NCBI RefSeq assembly: GCF_009914755.1
Contig: NC_060933.1
Origin: the human T2T-CHM13v2.0 reference genome, Homo sapiens
Strand: one strand, 5' to 3'
Length of the DNA stretch: 64,000 nt
Part shown: one piece after another, positions 1-17,124 of the stretch
Layout: every line of letters starts with the position of its first letter
Position numbering within the stretch: position 1 is the stretch's first letter
Made by a program: the position numbers and the translations under genes
The notes under the pieces: generated by a model
The model's database searches: none
What the model saw: only the letters and a program-made list of their open reading frames with translations
What the model was told of the DNA's origin: nothing

Positions 1-377
1 ACACCCCATGATCCAGGGGCATCTGTGACCTTTATGGACAAATCTCTAATTAGCCTAATAAATGCACAATCTCACAGTCTGGAAGTTTCAGGTTCTACTT
101 CCAGGTCCAGTCCTGACTAGCTGGGTGTCTTCAGGATACTCACCCCTATGGGTTTCAAGTTCCTCATCTTTAAAAGAGAAGTTTATTCTCAAATAGTGAT
201 TCCCAGACTGGGATCCTAGAATATCACTGGAGTCTTAAGGGTAGTAATGGGTATTCATAAGCTAAACTATTTCTAATATTTTAGAAACTCTCATGGAAAT
301 GTACACTTATCCTATATTGGTTTGGTAGGATAATAACGGAGGCACTTTTCTTTGTTTGGGCTGTGATAATGCAGGAC

Positions 378-522
378 TCCTCACAACTCTATGGGGTATA
401 TACTGTTGTTATCACTGATCTACAGATAAGGAAATTGAGGCACAGAGAGTTATGGAATTTGCTCAAGGTTGTACAGCTAGTTGGTGTTGGAGGGAAGATT
501 TAAACTCAGGTAATTTGACTGA
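378..522 (-). mobile_element. MIR SINE fragment
   Basis: MIR core in reverse: acagataaggaaattgaggcacagagag...gctcaaggttgtacagctagt. Confidence 0.75.
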
Positions 523-997
523 AGAATCAATAGCCACGTTACCTACTGCTAATTCTAATTTCTTCATGATAATCGGAAGCTCTGATTGGCAGTAATATGT
601 CTTTAAACAAAGAAAATAAAATATTATTATAATAATTAATAATTAAATACAGTTTGTTTGATAGGCAAAAGTCTTCCAGAACTTTCAGCCCATAGAAAGG
701 AAACACTTTCAAAAGTTATGAAAAGAATGGAAATGTTTGACTAGCATTGGGTTAGATAATACCCAAGTTCTCTCCTAGTTCTAATATTCTGTAAGATTCA
801 GGAGGAAATATGGGTATGAAAGAAAAATAACTCCATGAAATATTACCCAGAGTGGTGCATTTATGTTCTAAGAGTAATAATGAAAACACTATTTCTTTGT
901 TAAATGGTACGAACAAGTTTAATCTTAAAAACTCAATCAAATGAGATTCAGTAGACTTGACTATTATGAAATTTTTAAGTCAAAAGCAAGAGGGCCT

Positions 998-1256
998 GGC
1001 CAGGAGCGGTGGCTCACACCTGTAATCCCAGTACTTTGGGAGGCCGAGGTGGGCAGATCGCTTGAGGTCAGGAGTTCGAGACCAGCCTGGCCAACATGGT
1101 GGAACCTCATCTCTACTAAAAATACAAAAAATTAGCCAGGCATGGTGGCATGTGCCTATAGTCCCACGTACTTGGGAGGCTGAGGCAGGAGAATCACTTG
1201 GACTCAGGAGGCGGAGGTTGCAGTGAGCCGAGATCATGCCAAAAAGAAAAAAAAAA
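998..1256 (+). mobile_element. AluS lacking its last ~40 nt before the A-tract
   Basis: ggccaggagcggtggctcac start; body ends at gagatcatgcc and is followed directly by an A-tract. Confidence 0.95.
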
Positions 1257-2679
1257 TGCATTAGAAATGCATTTTCATGGTTGACTTTTAACATATTAAC
1301 ATTGTGCTGGGGAATAATCTTACATAATACCTGTGAACACACCAGAACTACTTTATAAACATCCTCTTTGTTCCCTATAGCAATCTGCATGTTTGCTGAC
1401 CAGGGTAAGTATAGTCCATGTGGACTACTTAATAGTAGGAAAGAAAAAAATAAAGACAAAGGTAAGGTCTGTCTTAGCTCTCTAGCTAGCATAGTGCTGG
1501 CACGTGGTAGAAGCTTAGGAAACATTTGTCAAATGGATGAAAAATTCACCAAGGTGTTACTGGTCCCTGGCAAAATTTCTACTCAGTTGCCGTATATCCA
1601 TAATGCAAGTTTAATACCATGTAATGCCCCCCAATGCAATTCATCTTCAATAGCCATGCATGATAGTACAATTTAATAGCTGCTAAAGTGAGACAAGATT
1701 TTTAAACCTCCGCATTCATAGAAACTGTGATCCTATCATAGTATTCCAATTTTACTTCCTCTTCTCATCAGCTCTAATAATCCTTGTCTTGCTCAGAGTT
1801 TGCATTGTATTTTGCACATATATAATGATTCAGATTCTTATACTGACATTCTCAGGGAAATAGAAAGGCCCAGATTTGAAGTCATGTCATGGATTAATGT
1901 TTTTTCACTCTCTTTTATCCAGAGGTAGGTGAATGACTTCTGGTAACCCTACTGATTTTAACATAGGGAACAGCCCCAACCTCCAATTCATTGTGCAATG
2001 GGGAAGTGGTTTGCTGAGTGGGTCTACACAGAAAAAGCAATAACTGTATTGTGCGTTATATATGTGAGTCATATCCCTTGCTCCTTGCTCAAGAAGAATT
2101 ATATCAGAAACAAATGATGGAATGCCTGGGCCAGGCACTGCCGGGGCTTCTGAGATGAATAAGAGGCAGTTCCAGCAATCATATGACTTGGGGGCTGTGT
2201 GAGGCTGGGGAGGGTAAATTAAAAAGAAAAGAAAAAACAAAAAACACTCACCAGTAACTATGATTCAAGGCAGAATGTGGTCAGACCACTCTTAGTTCTC
2301 ACCAGAGGGAAAAATTATTTCCAGCTAGAGGATCAAGAAATGTCATGAGAGAAGGGTCGTGAGGACTGGAATTCCCACTTTCCATGAGCATTTATTGACT
2401 GAGTTCTGCTGCTCTCCAGTCTCTGTGCCAGGCACTGCAGATTCAGAGGTGAAAGTGGCACATTTGTGCTCATCGAAAAGCTCCCAGTCTAACCAGGAAA
2501 GAGAAACTCATAAAAAGAAAAATCTTAACCCTCCTTGGCAAATACTCTTTTAGGAAAAAGAAGAAAAAGTCACTGGAGCACAGCTGGTTCTGCCTGGGGA
2601 GCCTGTGAAGATTTCACCAAAAAAAGTGTAAATAAGAATTTGTAAGAGATTTGGCATTTGACCATCCACAGTGCAGCAG

Positions 2680-2875
2680 GTGCTGTGCTTGGGGCCTTAG
2701 GTGCCTTATCTCCTTGATTCTTACAGGAACCCCGTGAGGCACTTATTATTTTTCCCAATCCACGAATGGGAAAACTACAGCTCAGAGTTTCAATAACTTG
2801 CAAGTTGCCTAAAGTCATATAGCCAGTAAGTGGAGATGCAATAGGATTGAACTCTAGGTTCTATTGGCTATCTCC
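2680..2875 (-). mobile_element. MIR SINE
   Basis: gaatgggaaaactacagctcagag...gttgcctaaagtcatatagccagtaagtgg matches reverse MIR core. Confidence 0.7.
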
Positions 2876-3024
2876 AATTGCCCGGAAAAAGAGGGAAGAA
2901 GGCTAGAAGAAGAAAGAAATTTGTTCTAAGACCTTGATCACAGGCCATGGAAACAGGACATCAAAGCTCTGTTTGGGATAACATATAGTATAGGTTTCCT
3001 AGTGTGCAACTGCCTAGTAGTTCA

Positions 3025-3172
3025 GAATATAGCTGTATAACTATATGTTTGTATATACATATGCCAGTGTATATATCATATACCACTATATGTATACTAT
3101 TATATACTAGTATATACATACACGTATACACTATTTTTATGCTATATATGTGGTATAGATACAATTATATAC
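3025..3172. repeat. TA-rich low-complexity tract
   Basis: Degenerate (TA)n/(TACA)n seen directly. Confidence 0.7.
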
Positions 3173-3213
3173 CAATCTTCTTGAGACTGGAGGTTTATTT
3201 CCAAAGTTTTGCC

Positions 3214-3563
<350 letters not shown>

Positions 3564-3879
3564 TAGTAAGTGATTGGGAAGAGGAGAGTGACTGTTTTAG
3601 ATTAGTGATAAATAAAGACCTCCCATTGAAGAAGTAGATGGGCATTTATAGTCATTGGGTTTTATTCTAAGTGTGGTAGGAAGACAGAACATTTTGAAAA
3701 TATAAATGAGAAGTTTTAACATAACTCCTAAAACTTAAATGGAGGCTTAGCCACTAATTATATTTTACTGCATTTATCTCTAGTATTTTTTCCTATGTAT
3801 ATAAAGAGGTAAATAGAGTTTTTTAATGCTTTACTCTTTTAAATTAATGATTATACTGTACAGGAATTTGAATCCTATT

Positions 3880-4352
3880 TTTATAACTTCTTATTTTGAT
3901 ATGGTTTCAAATGTTTCCTCCAGAAAAGTTGCAAGAAAAGTTCAAAGAACTCTCATATACATTTTACCCTATACATTGTGCTTCATTTCATTTGTTTTAT
4001 CATTAGATGTGTATTTATATTTATGCACATTATTTTGTATGAATCATTTGAGAGTAAATTGAAGACATCAATGTGTATTCCCTAAGAATAAGGGCATTCA
4101 TTCTATTATGTAACCACAGTACAACTATCAAAATCAGGTAATTTAACATTGCTGCAAGTCACAGTTCACAATCTATATTCAAATTTAATCAGTTGCATCA
4201 ATGTCCTTTATAGCTTGTTTTTTCTTGGTTTAAGATCAAATCTTAGGATAACACATTGCATTTAATTCTTATATCTTTTTAATCTCCTTTAATTTGGAAA
4301 AATTGCTCACCCTTTTGTGTGTGTGTGTGTGTTTCTTGACCTTGACATTTTT
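3880..4352 (-). mobile_element. Old L1 3' region (L1MC-like), left part
   Basis: Resembles remembered L1MC 3' UTR (aagaataagggcatt..., cacattgcatttaatt); resumes at 9311 after the nested L1PA. Confidence 0.65.
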
Positions 4353-5455
4353 TGGGGCTTTTATTTTAAATTCAGGGAATACATGTGCTGGTTTGTTGCC
4401 TGGGTACAGTGCGTGATGCTGAAGTTTGGGATATAAATGATCCCATCACCCAGGTACTGAGCATATTACCCAACAGTTAGTTTCTCAACTTTTACCTGCT
4501 CCCTCTCACCCCCTCTAGTACTCCCCAGTGTCCATTATTCCCATCTTTATATCCATGATTACCCAGTGTTTAGCTCCCACTTATAAGTGAGAACATGCAG
4601 TATTTGGTTTTCTGTTCCTGCATAAATTCCTTTAGGATAATGGCCTCCAGTTGCATCCATGATGCTACAAAGGACATGATTTTGTTCTTTTTTATATGGC
4701 TGTGTAGTTTTCCATGGTATATATGTAGCACATTTTCTTTATCCAATCCACCACTGATGGGCACCTATGTTGATTCCATGTCTTTGCTACTGTAAATAGC
4801 ATTGCAATGAACATACGAGTGCATGTGTCTGTTTGGTAGAATGATTTGTTATCTTTTGGATATATACCCAATAATGGGATTCCTGGGTCAAATGGTAGTT
4901 CTGTTTTCAGTTAGCTGAGAAAACTCCAAACTGCTTTCCACAGTGGCTGAACTAATTTACATTCCCACCAGCAGTGTAAAAGCGTTCCTTTTTCTCCCCA
5001 ATCTCGTCAGCATCTGTTATTTTTTGACTTTGTAATAATAGCCATTCTGACTCGTGTGAGGTGGTATCTACTGTGGTTTTTATTTGCATTTCTCTGATGA
5101 TTAGTGATGTTGAGCATTTTCTCATATGTTTGTTGGCCACTTGTATGTCTTCTTTTGAGAAGTATCTTTTCATGTCTTTTATCCATGTTTCAATGGGGTT
5201 ATTTGTTTTTTGCTTGTTCAATTGGTTAAGTTCTTAATAGATTCTGGATATTAGACTTGTTGGATGCATAATTTGTGAATATTGTCTCCCATTCTGTAGG
5301 TTGTATGTTTACTCTGTTGACAGTTTCTTTTGCTGTGCAGACCTCGTTAGTTTAATTAGGTCCCACCTGTCAATTTTTGTGTTTGTTGCAATTGCATTTG
5401 AGGACATTGTCAAAAATTCTTCCCCAAGGCTGGTGTCCAGAATGGTGTTTGCTAG

Positions 5456-5786
<331 letters not shown>

Positions 5787-6565
5787 TGAGGTCTTACATT
5801 TAAATCTTCAATCTGTCTTGAGTTAATTTTTGTGTATGGTGAAAGGTAGGGGTCCAATTTCATTCTTCTGCATATGGCTCACCAGCTATCCCAGCACCAT
5901 TTATTGAATAGGGAGTTCTTTCCTTATTGCATATTTTTGTCAATTTTGTCAAAGATCAGATGGTTGTAGGTGTATGGCTTTATTTTGGTGTTATCTATTC
6001 TGTTCCATTGGTCTATGTGTCTGTTTTTGTACCAGTACCCCATGCTGTTTTGGTTACTGTAGCCTTATAGTATAGCTTGAACTCGGGTAACATGATGACT
6101 CTGGCTTTGTTCTTTTTGCTTAAGATTGCTTTGGCTATTCGAGCTCTTTTTTGGTTCCATATGAATTTTAAGATAGTTTTTTTCAATTCTGTGAAAAATG
6201 GCATTGGTTGTTTAATAGGAATAGTGTTGAATCTGTAGATTGCTTTGGGCAGTTTGGCCATTTTAATGATGCTAATTCTTCTGATCCATGAGCATGGACT
6301 GTTTTTCCATCATTTTTGTCATCTATGATTTCTTTTAGCAGTGTTTTGTAGTTCTCCTTGGTTAGATGTATTCGTAAGCATGTTTTTGTGTGTGGCTATT
6401 GTAAATGGGATCATATTCTTGATTTGGCTCTCAACTTCAGTGCTACCGATTTTTGTACATTGATTTTGTATTCTGAAAGCTTGCTAAAATTCTTCTGTCA
6501 ATTCTAATAGACTTTTGGTTTTCTAAGTATAGAATTATGTCTTCAGTGAAGAGAGATGATTTTAA

Positions 6566-6894
<329 letters not shown>

Positions 6895-7176
6895 GCCTTT
6901 TGTTTCTTTCTCTTGCCTGATTCCTCTGGCTAGCACTTCCAGTACTATGTTGAATAGGAGTGGTGAGAGTGGGTATCCTTGTCTTGTTCTAGTTCTCAAG
7001 GGGAATGGTTTCAGCTTTTGCCCATTCAATATGATATTGGCTGTGGGTTTGTCATGGATGGCTTATTATTTTGAAGTATGTTCCTTTGATGCCTATTTTC
7101 TTGAGGGTTTTTATCATGAAGGATTTTATTGAAAGCCTTTTCTGCATCTATTGAGATGATCATATGGTTTTGTTTT

Positions 7177-7211
7177 TACACTTGATCTTAGCCAAAAGGC
7201 CAAGAAATGAT
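7177..7211 (-). pseudogene. U2 snRNA 5' fragment (nt 1-35), tailless retropseudogene
   Basis: tacacttgatcttagccaaaaggccaagaaatgat is the reverse complement of U2 ATCGCTTCTCGGCCTTTTGGCTAAGATCAAGTGTA with 3 mismatches (2 at CpG); flanked by imperfect direct repeats atggttttgtttt / acagtttttgtttt. Confidence 0.92.
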
Positions 7212-7455
7212 ACAGTTTTTGTTTTTAAACCTGTTTATGTGGTGAATCACATTTATTGATTTGCATATGTTGAACCAGCCTTGTAACTCAGGGATGAATT
7301 ATGGTGAATTAACTTTTGATGTGCTGGTGAATTTGGTTTGCTAGAATTTTGTTAAGGATGTTTGCATCTGTGTTCATGAGGGATTTTGGCCATTAGTTTT
7401 CTTTTTTTGTTGTGTCTTTGCCAGGTTTTGGTATCAGGGTGATGCTGGCTCGTAG

Positions 7456-7821
<366 letters not shown>

Positions 7822-8484
7822 TGGTACTAGCTTTTCTTTGTATGTCTGGTAGAATTTGGCTGTGAATGCATCTGGTCCAAGGCTTTTTTGGGTTGGGTAG
7901 GCTTTTTATTACTAATTCAATTCCAGAACTTGATACTGGTCTATTCAGTGTTTCCATTTCTTCCTGATTCAATCATGGGATGTTATATGTTTCCAGGAAT
8001 TTATCTATTTCCTCTGGATTTTCTAGTTTGTGCACATAGAGGTGTTCATAAGAGTCTCTGAGGATCTTTTGTATTTCTGTAGGATCAGTTGTAATGTCAT
8101 CTTTGTCGTTTCTAATTTTGCTTATTTGGATCTTCTCTCTCTTTTTTCTTTGTTAAACTAGTTAACAGTCTGTTGATCTTGTTTATCCTTTCAAAAAACA
8201 AACTTTTGGTTTCATTAATTCTTATACAATGAATTATACAAAATGCATACAGGATTTTTCGGTCTCAATTTTCTTCAGTTCAGCTCTGATTTTAGTTATT
8301 TCTTTTGTTCTTGTAGCTTTGGGGTTAATTTGTTCTTGTTTTTCTAGTTCCTCTAGGTGTGATGTTAGACTGTTAATTTGAGATCTTTCTAACTTTTAGA
8401 GATGGGTAGGCTTTCAGCACTATAAACTTTCCTCTTAACACTGCTTTTGCTGCATCCTAGAGATGTTGGTATGTAGTATCTCTG

Positions 8485-8789
8485 TTTTTTTTTTTTTATT
8501 ATTTTTTTTGAGACAGAGTCTCACACTGTTGGCCAGGCTGGAGTACAATGGTGCAACCTCGGCTCACTGCAACCCCGCCTCCCGGGCTCAAGCAATTCTC
8601 CTGCCTCAGCCTCCCGAGTAGCTGGGATTACAGACGCCCACCACCACGCCTGCCTAATTTTTTCTATTTTTAGTAGAGATGGGGTTTCACTATGTTGACC
8701 AGGCTGGTCTCAAACTCCTGACCTCATGATCCACCTGCCTCGGCCTCCCAGAGTGCTGGGATTACAGGCATGAGCCACCGTGCCCGGTC
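8485..8789 (-). mobile_element. AluS nested in L1
   Basis: Full Alu dimer in reverse. Confidence 0.96.
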
Positions 8790-9310
8790 TTGTTTTCATT
8801 TCTTTCAAAATATTTTTTTTTATTTTTCCCTTGATTTTGTTGTTTACTCAAAAGTTATTCTGGAGCAAATTGTTTAATTTACATGTAATCATATGGTTTT
8901 GAGAGAACTTCTTGGTATTGACTTCTGTTTTTGTTCCACTGTGGTCTGAGAATGTGCTTGGTATAATTTCAGTTCTTCTGAGTTTATTGAGACTTGCTTT
9001 ATGGCCAAGCATGTAGTCAATCCTGGAATATGTTCCATGTGCAGATAAGAATGTATATCCTGTGGTTGATGGGTAGAGTATTCTATAGGTGTCTATTAGG
9101 TCCAAGTGATCAAGTGTTGAGTTTAAGTGCAAACTTTGTTAGCTTTCTGCCTTGATGATCTGTTTAATGCTGTCAGTGGCAAGTTGAAAATCCCCACTAT
9201 TATTGTGTGGCTAAATCTTTTTGTAGGTCTGGAAATATTTATTTTATGAATCTGGAGGCTCCAATGTTGGGTGCATATATATTTAGGATGGTTTACTCTT
9301 CTTGTTGAAG

Positions 9311-10440
9311 CCTTGACATTTTTGAAGAGTGCAAGCCAGTTATTTTGTACAATGTCCCTTGATTGGAATTTGTCTGATTAGATTTAGACTTTATCTTTTT
9401 GGCAGGAATCTCACCAAAGTAATGCTGTATCCTTATCAGTACATCCCATCAGGAGAAAAATGATATTGGTTTTTTAAAGTTGATCACTTGGTTAAAATAT
9501 AGTCTGTCACTTTTCTCCATTCTAATATTACTATTTTTCCCTTTAAAATTAATATGTGATGTATGAGGAGATACTTTGAGACTATGTAAATAACTATTCC
9601 TCATTAATCTTCATCTGCTAGTTTAGCAACCATTAATTATTTTCTATATCCATCATTCCATCTATATTTGTCAGTTGGCATCCTACTGAAAGAGCTCTCC
9701 TCCTTTTTCATTTATTTATTTATTTACTCATGAATTCATTTATTGATATCAGTATGGTCTCATAGGTTTTATCTAATGTGTTATCATCCATTACTATCAT
9801 CATTTATTTTGTCACACAAATTATCTCATATTTGGCCAGTGGTCTTTGAGTTATCTCCTATGTCTTTTTGATATGTTCCCTTTTTTCTTTAAGAAATGCC
9901 TTACTTTCTGGTGTAAGATGATCTATGTTCATCTTGTGCTTCCCTGACCTAGCCCTGGAATCAGCTATTTCTCTAACAAGCCTTGGTTTTTTTAATTGGA
10001 GAATGGTATTTAGAAACCAAGTTCTGGGTGGCAGGTGTGCTCATTGTTACTACTTAGTTATTTCTTTTAGGCTCTCCTAGCTGACAGAGCTAGGAAATCT
10101 CTCTCTCTCTCTCTTTGTCTATATATTTATGCTATTTCTATATTCATTTCTCTACACATCATATAATATGTTATATATATATAAAAGCCATGAATTCAAA
10201 TGATACCTCCAGTTGCAATCCAACACTTTGGAGTACACTCTAGACTTCCACTATTCACACATGTAACTCTCTTCTTTAACAGTGAAAAAACTGGTTCCCA
10301 TTATCCTCAGTTCACCTACTCATTGTTTAAGCCTAGTATACACAGTAGTTTCAGAATTGCTAACTCACCTCTACAAAAAGCAAATATCTTGACTAAAGCT
10401 CAATATTTGTTTGTAGTTCATTTGTATATATATTTAGTGT
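9311..10440 (-). mobile_element. Old L1 3' region (L1MC-like), right part
   Basis: Continues the element broken at 4352 (gaagagtgcaagccagttattttgt..., gagatactttgagactatgtaaat). Confidence 0.7.
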
Positions 10441-10834
10441 GTGGCATATAGACAGTAAAATGCATAAATCTTACATATACAATGTGATGAGTCTGACAGC
10501 TCCTATATCCTATTTTTGACCCAATATGAGCAATTTCTCATGTCATAAAAATATAAATTTTTTAGCTTGTTATTATTCCATAGTATGGATGTATGTTAAT
10601 TGATTTTGTCATTTCTTATAATTAAATGATGCTTTTCATTTTTTCTATTGAAAGTAGTCCTGTAATGAATATCTTAATAACACTGCTTTAAAAAGAATAT
10701 AGTATAACTATGTAAGCTATAGTCCTGCCACTGTTCCTTTACTAAAAGAGATATTATGTTGAATGAATTAATAAAACTTCAAAGATTTTAAGATAGTCCC
10801 AATGTTATTCCCACAACTAAATTGGTTCTGGCCC

Positions 10835-11145
10835 AGTATATTAATTTCCTAGGACCACTATAATGTATTATCACAAACTGGGTGGCTTGAAACACTAGAA
10901 ATTTACTCTCACAGTTCGAGAGCTCAGAAGTCCAGAACCAAAGTGTTCACAAGGTTGATTCCTTATGGAAACTCAGGGAAGAACTGTTCCTTGTCTCTCT
11001 TTTAGCATCACTCTAATCTCTTACTCCATCATCACATGGCTTTCTTCTCTGTGTGTCTTCACTTATAAGGACACCAAGTCGTTGGGTTCAAGTCTCACCC
11101 TAATCCCATATGACCTCATCTTAACTAATTACATCTGTGAAGATG
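10835..11145 (-). mobile_element. MaLR LTR (MLT1B/C-like), partial
   Basis: cacaaactgggtggcttgaaaca..., cttataaggacacca..., tgacctcatcttaactaattacatctg. Confidence 0.8.
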
Positions 11146-11221
11146 TAGCTTGCTGGGGTTCTTCATGTATAGGTTAATATACACTCTTATTAAATATTAT
11201 TAAATATCTGGCTCCCTTTGC

Positions 11222-11545
11222 AACTCGATAATCCCTTATCTGGATTCTTGCGACCAAATTATTTAAGATTTAGATTTAGATTTTAGAAAGAAAATATCAG
11301 GTATATACCATATATTACATAATACCCCATTAAAATCTGGAACAACACCCCACAATCAAGCACATTACTATTTCTGCAGTCAAGAGTGTGCACATTCATA
11401 CCAAGTAAGATGAATAAAGACAATACATAATTTCATATTATTTCCAGTTTTTTAAAATTTGGCAGCAAGTTTAGACAAATAAAAATAAAAAGTTTTCAAT
11501 TTTCAGAGGTTTGGGGATTTCAGAATTGCAGATTCTGTGGTCCTG
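11222..11545. mobile_element. Old DNA-transposon relic (TcMar-Tigger-type MITE)
   Basis: Ends aatcccttatctg... and ...cagaattgcagattctgtggtcctg resemble remembered Tigger-type termini; family uncertain. Confidence 0.4.
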
Positions 11546-12157
11546 AATTTGAGCTCATTTTCAGGCCCCAATTTTAAGCCCAAGTCAACAGTCCACTTAC
11601 TGCGGTAGTCTAAGGCAAATAGTCCAGGTACATCAACTTACAAGTACAAAAGTGGTCACAATATTATTCATATCTGATATCCACCAGCTCCAAAGTTATT
11701 TCTACTCATGTAAGTTTTGCAATACATTGCAAAGCTCTCTATTCCTCAGATACTTTTGGAAATGTGCAGGGTCCTATATATATCCACAGAGCCATCCTCG
11801 ACACTTGCTAGTATAGCTACTGAGCCAGGCATCTCAGCTGAGAATCAGCATGCAGAGGCCTTCCTCTGAGATGATCGTCTGCTCTCCTGAACTGAGGCTG
11901 TTCTATGTCCCTGGAATCAGAGGCCATTCCCATCACTGTTGTCTCCCCTGATTCCTCAGTGCCAGTCCCTGGAATATACCCTGAAGTACCCCAATGAGAA
12001 GGAAAATGTGGCCCCTTCCTGTGATAAGCTTAGTTAGAGGTTGTCCTACCTATGGCTACCAAACTGTTAGAGAGTTTACTGAAAGAATTCTTCCAGTTTG
12101 CTCATATAACCCTTTTTCTCCATGGTTTATACTCATGGTTCAGGGTAGATTGTTTAC

Positions 12158-12925
<768 letters not shown>

Positions 12926-13348
12926 TGTTTAACTTAAAACCAGCCCTCATGCTCCATGCCAGCTCACTTTGCCACCCATAAAATAAACTCTCCCTCTGTG
13001 GTCCATCATGCACCCTGCAATCTCACCTTTAGCCAGTCCACCTCTCTACTCCTCATCATCCCCAATTTATCAGAAATATTTTGTTGAACATAGAAAGGAA
13101 AACAACATGATTTCCTAGTCAAATCTTTCCAAATTTTATTAAGATCCTCTTCAAGTTGCCCTTGATTCAGATAATGTTCTCAGATGGAATGGATGAGAAT
13201 CCTTGACTCTCTCAAACAATGCAGATTAACAATTTTATTTGTCAAACAATTTTAAATTTACAATTGACCCTCACAAAAACCTAATCAATATGAAGAGGGG
13301 GAAATGAGAAGTTGCTGTTCAATGGATGTTTTATTCCCATTGAAGTTA

Positions 13349-13786
<438 letters not shown>

Positions 13787-14059
13787 TTAGGATAAAATAT
13801 ATAAATTATATACTATGTATATTAATTATAAATTATAATAAAATATGCATATGGATGTGCTTATATTTGTATTGTACACGTCACACAAGACAACCTTAAG
13901 ACAATTGAGAATCTAGAGAAACATGATCTCAGGGCCCTCTTGCTGCCCCCAATTTGTCCTTCCTCCACCCACTTCCCCAACCCTTTCTAGCCCTAGCACC
14001 CTGCCCTTATCTTGCCCTCTGGCTACTGTGAATCCTTCTAGAAGAACTCTGTGAAATAA

Positions 14060-14520
<461 letters not shown>

Positions 14521-14679
14521 CAATTCAAGGACCCAAAATATTCCAACTGTCCCTTTTCTCTGTTTTAATCTGACTTCTACTGTTATCTCCCAGTAAAACT
14601 CTGGTTCTCTTTTGTCCTAAGATGTCTATTAGTGGCTCTAACAAAAGTGTTTAGTTATTCAATGAATATATGAGTGTTA

Positions 14680-15027
<348 letters not shown>

Positions 15028-15322
15028 GGCCAGGCACAGCGGCTCACACTTGTAATCCCAGCACTTTGGGAGGCCAAGGTGGGTGAATCACGAGGTCAGG
15101 AGTTCGAGACCAGCCTGGCCAACATGGTGAAACCCCGTTTCTACTAAAAATACAAAAATTAGCTGGGCGTGGTGGTGGGTGCCTGTAATCCCAGCTACTT
15201 GGAGGCTGAGGCAGGAGAATCGCTTGACCCCAGGAGGCAGAGGTTGCAGTGAGCCGAGATCATGCCACTGCACACCAGCCTGGGCGACAGAGCTAGACTC
15301 CTTCTCAAAAGAAAAAAAAAAA
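15028..15322 (+). mobile_element. AluS (Sg-like) inserted in the A-tail of the previous Alu
   Basis: Starts directly after the upstream poly-A. Confidence 0.96.
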
Positions 15323-16062
15323 ATAGAACTACCATTCAACCCAGCAATCCCATTACTGGGTAGATACCCCAAAGGAAAACAAATCATTCCACCAAAAAGA
15401 CACATGCACCCGTATGTTCATCGCAGCACTATTTACAATAGCAAAGACATGGAATCAACCTAGGTGCTCATCAATAGTGACCTGGATAAAGGAAATGTGG
15501 TACATATACATCATGGAATACTACACAGACATAAAAAAGAACAAAATCATGTCCTTTGTAGCAATATGGATGCAACTGGAGGCCATTATCCTAAGCAAAC
15601 TAACATAGAAATATAAAACCAAATACCACATATTCTCTAAGTGGGAGCTAAACGTTGGGTACTCATGGACATGATGATGGAAACAACACACTGGAGAATA
15701 CCAGAGGGAGGAGGTAGTGAAGAGAGCAAGAGTTGAAAAACTACCTATTGGATACCATGCTCACTACTTGGATGACGGGTTCAATCATACTCCAAACCTC
15801 AGCATCATGCAGTATACCTTTGTAACAAACCTGCGTATGTGCCCCCTGAATCTAAAATAAAAGTTGAAAAAAAAAATGTGTGTTCTTGTCCATTTAGTCT
15901 CTCTCTCTCTTGGCTGGGGTAGTTCCCTGAATTTTGAGATGCAGAATCTATAGAATGAGTAGAGACATAAGAAGCAGGGGAAGAATTTAACGAGATACCC
16001 AGTTTTATAAGAGATCAAGTTTTTCATAAGAGCTGGGCTATAGTAGAAAAGGAGACAGAAGA

Positions 16063-16345
16063 AAATGGACGGTGAAGACATTATGCTAAGAGTAATCAGT
16101 CAGTCGCAGAAGGACAAATACTGCATGGTTCCACTTACATGAGGCATCTAAAGTAGCCAAACTCATAGAAGCAAAAACAGACAGTAAAATGGTGGGGGAG
16201 AGGGAAAGTGGGGAGTTGCTGTTCAGTGGGTTTCAATAACGCAAGATGAAAAGGTTCTAGAGAGCGGCTGTACAACACTGCACCTATGGTTAACGATAAC
16301 GTGCTATACACTTAAAAACTGAAGAGGGTAGATCTCATATTATGA
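16063..16345 (+). mobile_element. L1MB-like 3' end
   Basis: gacattatgctaag...aaggacaaatactgcatggttccacttacatgagg...gagggtagatctcat. Confidence 0.8.
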
Positions 16346-16734
16346 GGGGTTTTCTTGTTTGTTTTTTGTTTTATTCTTATTTTAAAAAGGAATTAGTAGA
16401 AGAAAATGGGGCCAGGGCTGAAGGCGGAGGATGGGAGTTTGGCACATGAGAGATTCCAGAGCAGATTCAAGATATAACAGAATTGGAGAGTGGAGGAAGG
16501 AGTTTTTGAGATGTGCGGTTCTGCGCTGGGAACTGGATCCCCTTCAATAATTTATAAGAGACATGAATAAAAAATAGAATCAATTTTTAATAACTTTGGA
16601 GGGAATTCTTATTTCTTCTTTAAATGTGACTGTGGATAGAATGAACTGCATGAACATCAGGAATTTGTTACGGTTGCATATATTATGTCCTGTCTACAAT
16701 TAGAATGATAAAGTCTTGGGGAAAGTGCAGGCTC

Positions 16735-16905
16735 CAAGTCAAGTTGAATAGCCTCTGCCTCTTACTAGCTCTATGATGTTGGGCAAGTTTCTTCCGCTGA
16801 CATGGAGGTCATAATACCTACTGCGTAAGTCTGTTTGGAGTATTCAATATGAATGAGATTACATAAATGATGGCACCTATAGAGAATGTGACAAATAGTA
16901 GCTGT
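16735..16905 (+). mobile_element. MIR SINE
   Basis: ctctgcctcttactagctctatgatgttgggcaagtt. Confidence 0.6.
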
Positions 16906-17124
16906 ACCATAACTGTGATTGCTTTCAGAATGACTCAGACCAGGGAACCTGTTATGGTCGCAAGGTCTCAAACTTCAGAGATCATTCTAATACTTAAGGA
17001 AAAGGACTATATTAACTGCTTTCCAAAGAAATGGAGGCAAGAGATGGCTCAAATGCTCTAAGTTCTGCAATCTCACCATGCAGTACACATCCCTAAAGCT
17101 TTGTAAGTTTAAAAGTTCCTCTGT

